A stretch of 64,000 nucleotides of DNA from an uncultured Acidimicrobiia bacterium. Its GTDB lineage: Bacteria > Actinomycetota > Acidimicrobiia > Spongiisociales > UBA5794. The stretch spans positions 112,937-176,936 of the forward strand of contig CAVWXP010000008.1 in NCBI GenBank assembly GCA_963759175.1. The letters run 5' to 3'. The position numbers and the translations under genes are program-made. Of this stretch, positions 9,805-20,611 are shown one piece after another. The number at the start of each line of letters is the position of its first letter. The first letter of the stretch is position 1. Below the pieces are notes generated by a model, which searched no databases, had not been told where the DNA came from, and was given only the letters and a program-made list of their open reading frames with translations.

Positions 9805-12544
9805 GTGCGCGATCGATGGGACGCCGCCCTGCGGTGGATACTCGTGCCGTGGACACAGGCGGCCATCGTCGTGGCACTCGTCGGAGCCGCGGCAACCCCC
9901 TCCCTCCTCATGAGTGCCGCGGATGTCTGGACCGTCTCGGCTGGCGATGAGTTCGCTCAACGCCTCGTCCGGGAGATCACACCGGCCGAGGCTGGCGTCG
10001 TGGTCGTCACCAATGCCGTCTTCTCCGAGGAACGCACCACTGCGGCTGCTCGGGCGGTTACGGACCGCTTGGCCTCGATCGACGGCGTCGCCCCGGCCGT
10101 CGTGACGCTATGGACCCTCCGCGCGAGCGGCGAGGCGGGCCCCGATGGCGACCAAGCCGTGAACCCGGGTGTGCCGCTGCGAGTGATGGCACGCGATGGC
10201 GCGGTCGATGCCCTCTCGTTCGTGGAGCGCGATCGCACGATCGAAGGAGGTGCCTACATCTCCGAATACCTGGCGGAGAGGGCGGGGGTCGGCGTCGGCG
10301 ACTTCATCTCCTACGACGCGCCGCTCGAACCCGAGGAACCCGGCGCAGAGTTCACCCCCACAGGCGGACCTCGAGCAACCTGGCCGATCGCCGGGGTCTA
10401 CGAAACGCTGTGGTCGAGAGACGGCGTCACTTCCCGGCGACTACTGGTCACAGGTGCCGCCGACGCTGCTCCCCCGATACTTGTCACCGTTCAACGCCCC
10501 GAGCTTCTCCCTCGTGCTCCTCGATCCACCGACGATGGCATCCACGATGTTGACGGGCTTCGTGCAGTGGGAGGCTCCGGCCACCGGGCTGCCGGCGTCC
10601 ATCGCCGCCCTGCGGTCCCAAGTCGGGTCCCATCGGGCGCTGACGGTCGACCTCGGGACTGATCCGACGATCGCTCCGACGCTCGAGGAACTCGCTGCCA
10701 TCCGGCCCCCTGCCCCGTCAGTCCAGTCCCTCCTCGATGAGCAGCTGGCGGCTGCAGAGGAGGCCGTCGACGCCCTCGAACAACCCTTGTCGTCGACGCG
10801 TGTCATCGGCGTCCTGATCGGTCTCGCCGTCATGGCCGCCGCCGGAGTGTTCCTGGTCCACCGTGGACGGATGGAGTACCGCCTGCTGGCGGGCGAAGGT
10901 GACCGGTGGCCGCGGTTCTCCCTCCGAACGGCCGCACAGTTGGTCGGCCCGGTGGTCGTCGGCACGTTCACCGGTGTCTGCGCCGGTGTGACCGTGGCCC
11001 TCCTCGTTGGCCCTGCCGAGTCACTCAGGTTCGACGTGATCGATGTCGGTGATGTCGTGCTGGCGGCCCTTGCTGGGATCTTCCTGACGTCCCTCACCAC
11101 GGGGCTCCTCGCCCAGCGATCCCTCGACACCGGCCACATCGGTCGCACCGGCAACGGCGCAGCAATCGTTGCCGTCGGCCTCGCCGTCGCTGCCTTCATG
11201 TTCCTGTGGATCCAGGTGGCCCGCATGCCCGCACGCGGTGAGACCGGTCTCGACCTGACGGTGGTCGCAATGCCCGTGGTGGGCCTTGTTGCAGCCGTGA
11301 CCCTCGTCGTGGTGGTGATGCGAGTCGTGGTGGGCAGGGCGAGGTTCATCGGATCAGGTCTGCCGACGCTTCCCTTCCTGGCGTGGCGTCGTGCGACGAC
11401 GAACGACCTCGGGAGCCTCCTCATCGTCGGAGCCCTCGCCGTCGGCATCGGATTGGTCGCACTCTCGACGATGCTCGTGGGCTCGCTCGAACGAACGACG
11501 GACGTGAAGCTCTCGACCCGGATCGGTGGAGAAACAAGGGCCGAATTGGTCGGCCTGCCCGACGATGATGCCGTGCTCCCCGGCCTGACGACACTCATCG
11601 CGTTCGACCCGGGCCGGATCTCGCCCGACAACCGACCGGCGCGGTTGATCGCCATCGACACGGACACCTACGCCGACGCGGTCTCCTGGCCAGCCGAGTT
11701 CGGGGCGAGCGTGTTCGACGTGGTGGAGCTCCTCGAGAACGCTCCCAGCGAGGGCCTCGCCGTCGTGATGGTCGATGCGATCTCCGGGCCACCGACGGGC
11801 ACGATCGGTGCCCAACGCCTTCCGTACGAGGTCGTCGGTTCGGTGGCTTCAGCACCTTTGGCGTACGAGTTCGGCACCACACTGCTCGTGTCAGCTCAGC
11901 GGCTGGAGGCCTACGCCCGGCAGCGACTCGCCAACCAGCTCGATGTCGACGTCGGCGATGAGATGGTCACAAGCCGCTTCCGGTCACCCCTCGTCGGGTA
12001 TCGCAAGTCGCTCGTCAGCCAGGAGTCCCGGGCGACGATCGAGACATGGATCGACGAGAACGGGCTGGCGACCCGCTCCATCGAGAGCCGATTCGATCTC
12101 GAGAACGGCATCGATATCGTGGCTGCTGCCACCGCCTTCGACTACATGCGAATCCTCGGATGGGTGGCAGCGGCCTCGGCGATCGCCGCCTTGCTCCTGC
12201 ATCGCGCATCCGTGCGGTCCGACCGGGCCATCGCGTCGCTGATGGCACGACGAATGGGCCTGTCGAAGAGCCGGGCCGCACTGGTGTCAGCCATCGAAGT
12301 GATCGTGCTGACATCCATCGCCCTCGTCACGGCCCTCGCCGTCGCGCCTGTGATCACCTGGAGGCTTCTTCCCCGGTTCGACCCGGCCCCGGGCCTCCCT
12401 CCTCCCGCGGTCGTGGCCGTCGATCCGTTGGTCCTGGCGGGGTCGTTCATCCTCGCCATCGTGGCGATCGCCGGATTGGTCTGGCTCCTCGATCTGTCCG
12501 CTTCCCGCGAGAGCGAAGGGAGTGTCCTGCGTGCCGTCCAGTGA
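9805..12544 (+). CDS. FtsX/MacB-type ABC transporter permease, apparently interrupted by a +1 frameshift near 10432-10440
   Basis: The N-terminal TM helix plus large extracytoplasmic domain lie in the frame of ORF 9805..10662. The sequence continues in the frame of ORF 10196..12544 (…PGDYWSQVPPTLLPRY… then two FtsX-type 3-TM bundles). The switch is at the homopolymer ttCCCgg. Three genes follow in operon: this permease, then two ATPases. Confidence 0.65.
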
Positions 12545-13349
12545 CATCCTCATCCGATGCGAGCACCTCGTGAAGGTCTACGACTCCCCCACGGGTCGCG
12601 TCCAGGCGGTGCGCGGAGTGGACCTCGACATCGAGCGGGCAGTGACGACGGCGGTGGTCGGCCCGTCGGGGAGTGGCAAGTCCTCGCTCCTGCGGATGAT
12701 CGCTGCGCTGGATCCCCCGACGGCCGGCATGGTCACGATCGGCGACGAGGATCTCAACGGCATGAGCGAGGGAAAGCGGGCTCGACGTCGCGGTCGGGTG
12801 TTGACACACGTGTACCAACGCCCCCGTGACAATCTCATCGCCCATCTCACAGCTGCCCAGCAGCTACTGCGTATCGCTCGGCCCCGGACCGATGGACCGG
12901 TGATCGTCGACGAGGCCTTGGCTGACTTGGGCCTCGCCCACCGCCGGGACCACGTTCCGTCCACCATGTCGGGAGGAGAACAGCAGCGCTTGGCCTTTGC
13001 GCGAGCGGTTGTCGCCGGCCACGATCTGGTCATCGCCGACGAACCCACCGCCGAACTCGATGCGGCCAGTGCACGAGCGGTCCTCGACACGATCGACCTC
13101 ATTGCGAAACGTGGTATCACGGTGCTCGTTGCGACCCATGACCCGAGGGTGCTGGTGCGTGCGCGCGAGGTCGTGATGCTACGCGACGGCGCAATCGCCT
13201 CGGTGACAGCGGCTGGGTCGGAGATGGCCATCATCGACCGGTCCGGTCGGCTCCAGCTCCCGCCCGAGGTTCGCGGGAGCTTCCCGGAGCGCAAAGCCCT
13301 CCTGTCGTTCGACGCGGAGTCGGGGCGACTGACGGTGGATCCACCATGA
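12522..13349 (+). CDS. ABC transporter ATP-binding protein (MacB/LolD-like)
   Basis: Walker A GPSGSGKSS, signature MSGGEQQRLAFARA, Walker B LVIADEPTAELD. Overlaps the upstream permease stop. Confidence 0.85.
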   Translation: MSCVPSSDILIRCEHLVKVYDSPTGRVQAVRGVDLDIERAVTTAVVGPSGSGKSSLLRMIAALDPPTAGMVTIGDEDLNGMSEGKRARRRGRVLTHVYQRPRDNLIAHLTAAQQLLRIARPRTDGPVIVDEALADLGLAHRRDHVPSTMSGGEQQRLAFARAVVAGHDLVIADEPTAELDAASARAVLDTIDLIAKRGITVLVATHDPRVLVRAREVVMLRDGAIASVTAAGSEMAIIDRSGRLQLPPEVRGSFPERKALLSFDAESGRLTVDPP

Positions 13350-13993
13350 CCGATCGAATCACCCTCGATGCCGTCCACCGATACTTCCGCCTCAAGGCGG
13401 AGACCATCCACGCGGTCAACGGCGTCTCACTGAAGGTTCGCAGCGGCGCAGTCACCGGCCTCGTCGGCCCGTCGGGATCCGGCAAGACGACCCTGATCAA
13501 CGTCGTCATCGGATGGGAGCAGCCCGACGACGGTTCCGTGGTGAGGGACCCGGGCATGGCGGACGACTGGCACAGCATCGCCGTCGTGCCACAGGCGTTG
13601 GGTCTCCTCGCCGAGCTGTCGCTGGCTGAGAACATCGGGCTTCCGGCACGGCTCGGCAACGCGGAGGACCGAACGCCCGCAGCCCTGTTGCTGGCATTCG
13701 GCCTCGAAGGCCTGGGCGACCGTATGCCCCACGAGGCGTCGCTTGGCGAACAGCAACGTACCGCCGTCGCCCGGGCCCTCGCGACCGATCCCCTGGTGCT
13801 CGTCGCCGACGAGCCGACGAGCCATCAGGACGAGGCGAATGTCGCCATCGTGGCGCGCATGCTGCGGCAGGCTGCAGACGACGGCGCGGCGGTTCTGGTC
13901 GCCACCCACGACGACCGGCTGCTCGAGATCGCCGATGAGGTCCACTACATGGAGAACGGCTCGATCATCGAACCAACCGCCCCGCCGATCTAG
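13346..13993 (+). CDS. ABC transporter ATP-binding protein (second ATPase of the FtsX system)
   Basis: GPSGSGKTT, …LGEQQRTAVARAL…, LVLVADEPTSHQD. ATGA overlap with the preceding gene. Confidence 0.85.
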   Translation: MTDRITLDAVHRYFRLKAETIHAVNGVSLKVRSGAVTGLVGPSGSGKTTLINVVIGWEQPDDGSVVRDPGMADDWHSIAVVPQALGLLAELSLAENIGLPARLGNAEDRTPAALLLAFGLEGLGDRMPHEASLGEQQRTAVARALATDPLVLVADEPTSHQDEANVAIVARMLRQAADDGAAVLVATHDDRLLEIADEVHYMENGSIIEPTAPPI

Positions 13994-14023
13994 AAGAGAC
14001 TCACACCAGCCCGGTCTGCGACG

Positions 14024-15008
14024 TCACACGGCGTCGACGGCGCTCAGGACCCATGCGAGGCGTTCTCGGGGGTCCTCGATGCCGATGTGCAGGTTCCATC
14101 CGCCTATGCGGTCGCCCGGATCCCACAGCACCCATCGGAGTGTGTCTGCCTCGTCGCCGAGCGCGGAGGGATCCTCCGGTACGTCATCGTGGCCCAGAGC
14201 CTCGAGGAGGACCCACCACGCCGCGGCGCGTCCCGCCGGCGTGCCCCGGCGGCGTCCGTGCCCTCCGCCGCTGGCACCTGCCCAGGTCGCAGCCGCCATG
14301 AAGGTCGCCAGGTCGACGTCGGCCATCCGGACTCGGGATGGACCGAGGGTCCTGATGGCGGCCTCGACCGTTCCTTCCACCGTCACGACCTCGGCCTTGC
14401 CCTGGCTGTCCTCCCACCAGGGCTTCACGAGGTCGAGCAGCACATCGCACAAGGCATCGTCGAGATCGGGCCGCGACCGGGACCTCCGGGAGCTCCGTCC
14501 ATACAAGCGGCGTATCGAACACATCGTCAGGGAACGCCGCGCGGTCCGATCGGTAGTCGGCAACGGGGTACGTCGGCTCCCACGGTTGGAGGGCGATGGG
14601 GATCTGCAGCACGTGGGAATCGATCGCCGACCCGTGCACTTCCTCACCACGGATCGACCGTTCGTGGGCAGCCATCGCGCGTAGGGTCGGAGCGTCGATG
14701 TGGGGATCGAGGTCGACCCATGTGTGTGTGGATGCAGCGACCTCCCACAACGGTCCGAGGGAGAACCTGCCGCCGCCGTCCCTGAGGACGGAGGCGGCGA
14801 TCGGGGCGGGTGCCTCGAGCGCCAGCCGGTACTCGGCGAACTGGGCGACCGCCCACACCTGCTTGCCACGCTCAACGGCCTCCTCGCAGCGGTCCCGCAG
14901 GTCGATGAGGTCATCCCAGGCCCGTTGACTGCACATGCCGTCCACGAGCCGGATGAGGCCGGCGAGGTCGGATGCCTCGATGAGGTTCGTGAGGGTGTCG
15001 TCGGTCAC
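14024..15008 (-). CDS. hypothetical cytoplasmic protein, last gene of the tad operon; apparent +1 frameshift near 14470
   Basis: The N-terminal 178 aa lie in frame of ORF 14184..15008 and the C-terminal ~150 aa in frame of ORF 14024..14914. The junction is at gcggCCCgat. The protein sequence is non-repetitive. No family was recognised. Confidence 0.5.
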
Positions 15009-15038
15009 CCGGCGACCCTACTGCGCGTCAGGCACCGA

Positions 15039-15437
15039 TCATCCGATGCGAGGCTCGGCGCACGACCGCACATCGATCGTCACCGTCCCGACGCCGACGG
15101 CTGCAAGGGCAACCGTGGCGTGCGGTAGTTTGACCCGCACACACACCCGCACGTCGTCGGACTCCACTTCGAGCTCGGCGTCCGCAGGTGCCAGCGTTCG
15201 AGCAACGTCGCTTGCCCGCATCCGGGCATCGACCATCGCAAGAGCCACCTGTCCGTCGTGGAGGGCTGCAACGTCGACCATCGCTGCCCCGGCTTCCGCT
15301 GCGGTGTCCGCGACGATCGCCGTTGCGCGGTAGCCCTGGTGGAGCATGGAGATGTCAACACCGAGCGCGATGATCACGAATCCGACGAACACCAGCGCAG
15401 CCACGAGTGGGAGCATCGAGCCCTCTTCGTCACGCAC
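15039..15437 (-). CDS. TadE/TadG-like pseudopilin
   Basis: N-terminus MRDEEGSMLPLVAALVFVGFVIIALGV… matches the TadE-like class III signal plus hydrophobic helix. Tandem with two other TadE-like genes. Confidence 0.7.
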   Translation of the reverse strand: MRDEEGSMLPLVAALVFVGFVIIALGVDISMLHQGYRATAIVADTAAEAGAAMVDVAALHDGQVALAMVDARMRASDVARTLAPADAELEVESDDVRVCVRVKLPHATVALAAVGVGTVTIDVRSCAEPRIG

Positions 15438-15777
15438 CGTCGCTCCGATACGGGCTGATCGGCACCACGACCGATTCGGTGATCACCACCGGCAGGACGG
15501 TGCCGATCAGTGGGATCACTTCGACCGTGATCGTCGCCGTGGCACGAACGGAGCCTGCCTCGACCTCGTAGCCGACCTCGACATCGGCATCGGATGAGGG
15601 AAGCTCGGTTCCATGCCGTGCGAACCAGGAGGCGCCATCACTCGCAACAGTCAGGACGCGACCGTGCGCTTCCGCGAGGCTGGCCGTTGCGACCAGCACG
15701 GGAATCACGAGAGCAATGATCGCAAAACCGATCACCACCATCTCGATGGTCGCCACGCCGCGCTCATGCTTCACGGC
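15430..15777 (-). CDS. TadE-like pseudopilin
   Basis: …HERGVATIEMVVIGFAIIALVIPVLVATA… Likely GTG start ~15777; the track ORF extends to 15849. Confidence 0.65.
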   Translation of the reverse strand, partial: AVKHERGVATIEMVVIGFAIIALVIPVLVATASLAEAHGRVLTVASDGASWFARHGTELPSSDADVEVGYEVEAGSVRATATITVEVIPLIGTVLPVVITESVVVPISPYRSDGA

Positions 15778-16120
15778 GCAACCACCACGGCCTGGGTGCG
15801 TTCGATCGTCATCGTGATCGGCACGAGATCGGGACCGGGAGGCGTCCACCGGTACCGGACGAGGACGCGAGCAACGAGGTCGGTTCGATCGCTCTCGAGC
15901 GCCTCCACCACCGCACCCGGCACCGTCGCTGCGATCTCATCGGCGAGACGTTGCTCGATGTCCACGGTTGCGGGATCGGTCGCGAGGCGTCGCACGGCTG
16001 CATCGACCGACGCACCGACCAGCGAACGACTCACGACCAGGAACCCCGTCTGGACGACCAGAACCAGCACGACGAAGAACACGACCATGCCGACGAGGCC
16101 GTCGATGGTCGACGAGCCAT
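15771..16120 (-). CDS. TadE-like pseudopilin
   Basis: …DGSSTIDGLVGMVVFFVVLVLVVQTGFLVV… Start uncertain (non-ATG). The upstream part of track ORF 15771..16379 overlaps the flp gene in another frame and is not coding. Confidence 0.6.
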
Positions 16121-16123
16121 CCT

Positions 16124-16279
16124 CTAGCCGAAGAAGCCCGTGAACTGGCTCGCGACGTTCGCCCAGATGTCGCCCGCCGTCGCTCGTACCTGCGGAAGGA
16201 GGACGGCGATCACCAGGATCGCGATCGTGGCAAGACCCAACCATTCGACCGTGGTGGCACCCCGTTCGTCTCTCAGCAT
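16124..16279 (-). CDS. flp: Flp family type IVb pilin (51 aa; absent from ORF track because <60 aa)
   Basis: Reverse-strand translation: MLRDERGATTVEWLGLATIAILVIAVLLPQVRATAGDIWANVASQFTGFFG. GGAG lies 6 nt upstream of the ATG. It has the Flp prepilin motif G/ATTVEW plus a hydrophobic helix, and sits between tadC and the tadE-like genes. Confidence 0.8.
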   Translation of the reverse strand: MLRDERGATTVEWLGLATIAILVIAVLLPQVRATAGDIWANVASQFTGFFG

Positions 16280-16375
16280 GTGTTGCTCCTTTCGGATCGG
16301 CGCCCGACGATCGTCGGGCGGCGTTGGTGTGCCCAGTGGACTTCTCCTGAACGATGCAGCGGCGGTGGTGGCCCG

Positions 16376-17155
16376 TCACGGCGTCCCTGCCAGGACCCGG
16401 AGACCCATGAGGGTCGGATAGAGCAGGAATACGAGTGCGGTCGGCACCATCAGCATGAGGACGGGGCCGTAGGTGGCGACCATGCGGCGGCCGCTCTCCG
16501 CGGTGAGGTCGCGTTCGGCCTCGGAACGGAGGTCCGAGGCGAGTTCGATCAAGGCATCGGCCAGCCGTCCCCCGGAGACGTGTGCGTGGGCGAGGAGCTC
16601 ATAGAGGCGCCGACCGTCCTCATGCGCGGCAGTGGCGGCAGCCGTCATGAGCGACTCAGCGAGGCCCATCTCGACACCGTCGTCGACGCGAGCGAGCACT
16701 GCGACGAGCTCCTCCGATCCCACTCCGTCGGTCAACTCGATCACGTGGAGGATCGCCGACGAGACGGACTCGCCGGACACCACCTGGAGCGCGAGCGCAT
16801 CCGCAAGGACCGGGACCTCGAGCCGGAAGGACCGCGAGCGGCGCTCACGTGCATTGGTGCGCCGCACGGAGAACACGAGCCATCCGCCGGCGCCACCCAA
16901 CAGCCCGAGGAGGATCGGCGGTCGCTCGACACCGCCCGACAACAGGTCGCCCTGGGCGATCAGCAATCCGACGATCACGCCAGCGACGACCCACGGCACC
17001 CACGACACGTCGGGCGTCCGGCGTGGTTCCGACCGATCGTCGTCTCCATCGGGCAGAAGGTATCGACCGACCACGGACCCGACATCGGGTGGACGGAACG
17101 ACGACACGACGAGCACCACCGACGCTCCAGCGAGGAGGGACGCGACGAACCTCAT
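16376..17155 (-). CDS. tadC: Flp pilus assembly protein TadC (T2SS F family)
   Basis: Polytopic membrane protein with the GspF-like C-terminus (…GRRMVATYGPVLMLMVPTALVFLLYP…). Likely start MRFVASLL right after the tadB stop; the track ORF extends to 17209. Confidence 0.75.
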   Translation of the reverse strand: MRFVASLLAGASVVLVVSSFRPPDVGSVVGRYLLPDGDDDRSEPRRTPDVSWVPWVVAGVIVGLLIAQGDLLSGGVERPPILLGLLGGAGGWLVFSVRRTNARERRSRSFRLEVPVLADALALQVVSGESVSSAILHVIELTDGVGSEELVAVLARVDDGVEMGLAESLMTAAATAAHEDGRRLYELLAHAHVSGGRLADALIELASDLRSEAERDLTAESGRRMVATYGPVLMLMVPTALVFLLYPTLMGLRVLAGTP

Positions 17156-17934
17156 CGGAACACTCCGGACGGTTGGGACAATCGGGCCGTCCGCATGGCG
17201 AGCAACCACCCAGCTCCGGTCGCCACCCCGCCCGCACAGATCACGGCGACCCCCTGCGGCTCGGTGAAGGAGGTAGCGGCCTGGGGATTGGTGATCACCA
17301 TCAGCATCAACATCACCCAGGGGGCGACGAGAGCCACGTTCACGGTGAGGCGCTGCTCGGTCATCGCTGCGTCGTGCGCACGCTGGACGCGGATCTCGTC
17401 CGCTACCGACCGGGCAAGGATCCCGACGATCGCACCGACCCTTGTTCCCCCGGATGCGTGGGCGACATCGAGGGTCACGAGGATGCGGTCGGTCGTCGGA
17501 TCATCGACCTCGGATCGGATACGCGCGACGGTCGCCGAGAATCCGTCGCCGAAGGTGGTGCCCGTGCGGATCGTGCTCGCCATCGTCGCGAAGTCGTCAC
17601 CGGCGCGATCGAGGGCGTCCACCAGAGCATCCACCAGGGTCGATCCCCCCGAAAGGGACGACCGGACCTGGGTCAGGATGTGCGGCCACCTACCGAGGCG
17701 CTCATGTCGAAGCTTCCGTGCCCGGCGACGTTCCATGGCGACCGGCACCGTCGCTCCGAGACATCCGGCCGCAACGGCTACCGCGGGCACGCCGGACATG
17801 CCCAGAGCGAGCACGAAACCGACGATGAACCCGGAGATCAGGAACACCACCAGCCGTACGTCCACCCGCGGGCGCGACACGTCGACGTGAGGGAGCGCAC
17901 CGGTGAGCGAGGATCCACGCCGCTGCGGCTGCAA
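17152..17934 (-). CDS. tadB: Flp pilus assembly protein TadB (T2SS F family)
   Basis: 260 aa. Membrane protein with a T2SS-F domain, adjacent to tadA. Confidence 0.75.
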   Translation of the reverse strand: MQPQRRGSSLTGALPHVDVSRPRVDVRLVVFLISGFIVGFVLALGMSGVPAVAVAAGCLGATVPVAMERRRARKLRHERLGRWPHILTQVRSSLSGGSTLVDALVDALDRAGDDFATMASTIRTGTTFGDGFSATVARIRSEVDDPTTDRILVTLDVAHASGGTRVGAIVGILARSVADEIRVQRAHDAAMTEQRLTVNVALVAPWVMLMLMVITNPQAATSFTEPQGVAVICAGGVATGAGWLLAMRTARLSQPSGVFR

Positions 17935-17952
17935 CGATCACGGCAGCGCCCC

Positions 17953-18957
17953 TCATCGGAGGTGCCCCTGCTGCGTCGAACGGCCGCGGTCGGCGAGGTG
18001 GTCGCTCCCCCAGTGGAAGAGGCGTTCCGTGGTGAAGACGTCCTCGTCCTGCTGACCGTGCACCGCGAGGATCTCCTCGACGCGCCGTTGGGTACCGACG
18101 CGGCGAAGGAACACGACGAGGTCGATGACCGATGACACCGCACGCCGCAGATATCCCACCGACACGTTGTCGCCTGCGAGCATGCCGTAGGAGACGAGCT
18201 TCTCGAGGGCGTCGCGGCCGGAGTTGGCGTGGATCGTCGCCATGCCGCTGCAGCCGGCGTTGAGTGCCATGAGCAGGTCGAGGGCCTCGGGACCGCGAAC
18301 CTCGCCAACGACGATGCGGTCCGGACGTTGCCGAAGCGATTCGCGCACGAGGTCGCGCAGTGTGATCTCGGCGCCACCGTCGAGTCCGGTGTCGCGGGTC
18401 TGCATCTGGGTCATGTCCGGGAGATCGACGCCGATCTCGAAGACCTCCTCGCAGGTGACGACGCGTAGGGACGGATCGACCTCGCGCAGGAGGGCGTTGA
18501 CGAGGGTGGTCTTACCCGCTCCGGGAGCTCCCGCGACAAGCACGGTCTTGTCAGCCGACACGGCCACGCGCAGGATGTCCGCGGCTCTCGACGGCATCGA
18601 TCCGCGTTCTACGAGGCCACTCAGGTCGGCGGCCGTGATGACGAATCGGCGGATCTGGATGTTCATGCGGTCGGGATGGGTGACGGGCGGTCCGGTGATG
18701 TGGACACGTGATCCGTTCGGCAGCTGTGCCGACACGATGGGGTTGGCGAGATCCACCCGCCTTCCCGTGCCCTGGAGCAGTTGATCCGCCAAGGTGCGTA
18801 CGTCGCCAGCCGAGACGACAACGTTCGCCAATTCCTTGACGCCGTTGCGCACGACGAAGGTCCGGTGCCCACCGATGATGATGATCTCCTCCACGGTGTC
18901 ATCGGTGAGGAGCCCGGCTATGTGTCCGTATCTCTCGGGCGCGGCAACGGTCATAGC
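17953..18957 (-). CDS. tadA: Flp pilus assembly ATPase CpaF/TadA
   Basis: Walker A GAPGAGKTT, …IVVGEVRGPEALDLLMALNAGCSGMATIHANS… (VirB11/CpaF family). Start at the internal Met MTVAAPERY; the track ORF runs to 19158. Confidence 0.9.
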   Translation of the reverse strand, partial: AMTVAAPERYGHIAGLLTDDTVEEIIIIGGHRTFVVRNGVKELANVVVSAGDVRTLADQLLQGTGRRVDLANPIVSAQLPNGSRVHITGPPVTHPDRMNIQIRRFVITAADLSGLVERGSMPSRAADILRVAVSADKTVLVAGAPGAGKTTLVNALLREVDPSLRVVTCEEVFEIGVDLPDMTQMQTRDTGLDGGAEITLRDLVRESLRQRPDRIVVGEVRGPEALDLLMALNAGCSGMATIHANSGRDALEKLVSYGMLAGDNVSVGYLRRAVSSVIDLVVFLRRVGTQRRVEEILAVHGQQDEDVFTTERLFHWGSDHLADRGRSTQQGHLR

Positions 18958-19994
18958 GGCTCCCCCAGTCGTGCTACGGCACGCGAGAATCGCCGCTCGG
19001 GGGCGCTCGCTGAACACGCCGCCCGCCGGACGCGGGGGCGGTCGGCCACGACAACCGCGGGTTCGAGTCCCGTCCAGGTGCGGACGGCCTCGATCGATTG
19101 GGCACGGGTGGCAGGTGTCACCCGGTTGAGCACCAGAGCAGGAGCGGGGCCGATCCACTGCTCGACGAGCCTCGCGGCCCGAACGATGCCCAGCGCCGAG
19201 GCATCAACGACGAGGATCGCCTCATCGACGGACTCGAGGTGGTCGAGTGCGCTCGCCGACGCTCCGAGGTCGGCGACACCGAGGTCCCACCGTGTCGGGA
19301 GGTACCGGAGCACTTCGCCGACGAGGCGCGGCGCCAGGGTGATGTCGTCGGTTCGATGGGAACCGACGATCACGTCGAGACCATGGCTCACATGGATGTG
19401 GTTGCCGTCGATGACACCCTCGCTGCGGATGTGGTCGGCGGCATCGGACAGATCCGGCCGCGGGCGCAATCCGAGTCTCACGGCGATCGATGGTGCCTCG
19501 AGGTCCGCATCGACGAGGACCGTCGCACGATCGGACGAGTGGGCCATGGCATACGAGATCGCCACCTCCGTGCAACCCGGTGCTCCTCGGGCACCGATGA
19601 CGCCCACGACGGAACCTCGGCGCTCCGATGTCGTCCTGATGGCGTGGGGTGCGGCGAACCGGATCGCCTGGACGAGGGCGGCCACGTCCGTGGATTCAGG
19701 AACCACCTCGTCGACCCCACCGAGGACGAGGAGCTGGTGGGCCGGTCGATCGCCGTCCGGGACCACGCCGACGATCCCGACGCCACGTGACCGCCAGGAC
19801 GCCAATGCTGCCGGTGTCACCCATGACACCTCACCGCCGACGACGATGACGTCGACGTCGTCGATGTGGCGTTCGATGTCCTGGGGTTGGAACGCCCGCA
19901 CGACCACCCGGATCCCTGCATTGGTGCGGGCATGGGTGACGAGCCCGGGTTCCCACTCGCGTGCCGACAGCACGGTTGCGACGGCGATGGTCAT
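18951..19994 (-). CDS. TadZ/CpaE-like pilus assembly protein (receiver-like N-domain + MinD/ParA-type ATPase domain)
   Basis: …VVGVIGARGAPGCTEVAISYA… deviant Walker A in the C-terminal half. Located between cpaB and tadA. Confidence 0.75.
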   Translation of the reverse strand: MTIAVATVLSAREWEPGLVTHARTNAGIRVVVRAFQPQDIERHIDDVDVIVVGGEVSWVTPAALASWRSRGVGIVGVVPDGDRPAHQLLVLGGVDEVVPESTDVAALVQAIRFAAPHAIRTTSERRGSVVGVIGARGAPGCTEVAISYAMAHSSDRATVLVDADLEAPSIAVRLGLRPRPDLSDAADHIRSEGVIDGNHIHVSHGLDVIVGSHRTDDITLAPRLVGEVLRYLPTRWDLGVADLGASASALDHLESVDEAILVVDASALGIVRAARLVEQWIGPAPALVLNRVTPATRAQSIEAVRTWTGLEPAVVVADRPRVRRAACSASAPERRFSRAVARLGEPL

Positions 19995-20611
19995 GGCGAC
20001 ACCTTGACGAGATCGATGGCGGCATCCCTGGCCCCGGCGGCGAGCACCGGAGTGATCTCCTCGTCGACGGCGAGCAGGACGTCGATGCGGCCCATCGCTC
20101 CGGGGGAAGCGGACACGGCAGCGTCGATCACATACACCCGCTGAGCGATCCGGGTCGCGATCGGTGACGGGTCACCGGGAGACGCGTCGGGGGTCAGGTA
20201 CACGTCGACCAGGTCGCCGGCGCCGAGGCGCCCGAGGACGGCATGCGCCGCGGGAAGGGACACCCCCATCGCCTGTGGTGCGGCCACCATCTCCGGCGGC
20301 CGGAGCGCCGACGCAAGGAGTGGTTCGCCTTCGCGCAAGGGAACCACCAACGACCAATCGGCCAGTTCACCGAGCGTTGTGCCCTCGATGAGGCCTTCGG
20401 CGTCGTCGACCTGTCGCGTTCCGATGTCGAGTCCGGACAGGGCAGCACCAGCCGGAAGGTCACCCCCGGCCACGAGCACGGACGTGCGCGTCGGAGGTGC
20501 CGTGATGACGAGCACGAGGATCGCCGCCAAGGCCGCCGCCAGTCCGCCGACCAGGTATCGACGATCGACGTGCGGAATCGACATCGTCGCGGGAAGGGCG
20601 CGGAGGGCCAT
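19991..20611 (-). CDS. cpaB: Flp pilus assembly protein CpaB/RcpC (SAF domain)
   Basis: N-terminal TM helix, then …VLVAGGDLPAGAALSGLDIGTRQV… It is the first gene of the tad operon. Confidence 0.75.
   Translation of the reverse strand: MALRALPATMSIPHVDRRYLVGGLAAALAAILVLVITAPPTRTSVLVAGGDLPAGAALSGLDIGTRQVDDAEGLIEGTTLGELADWSLVVPLREGEPLLASALRPPEMVAAPQAMGVSLPAAHAVLGRLGAGDLVDVYLTPDASPGDPSPIATRIAQRVYVIDAAVSASPGAMGRIDVLLAVDEEITPVLAAGARDAAIDLVKVSP

Noticed and set aside
10441-11667. 408-aa ORF on - strand
   Set aside because: Antisense to the FtsX permease. Ser/Thr/Arg/Pro low-complexity translation.
16632-18135. Several long + strand ORFs (211, 428, 640 aa)
   Set aside because: Antisense to tadB/tadC/tadA. 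Arg/Pro/Ser-rich with no motifs.
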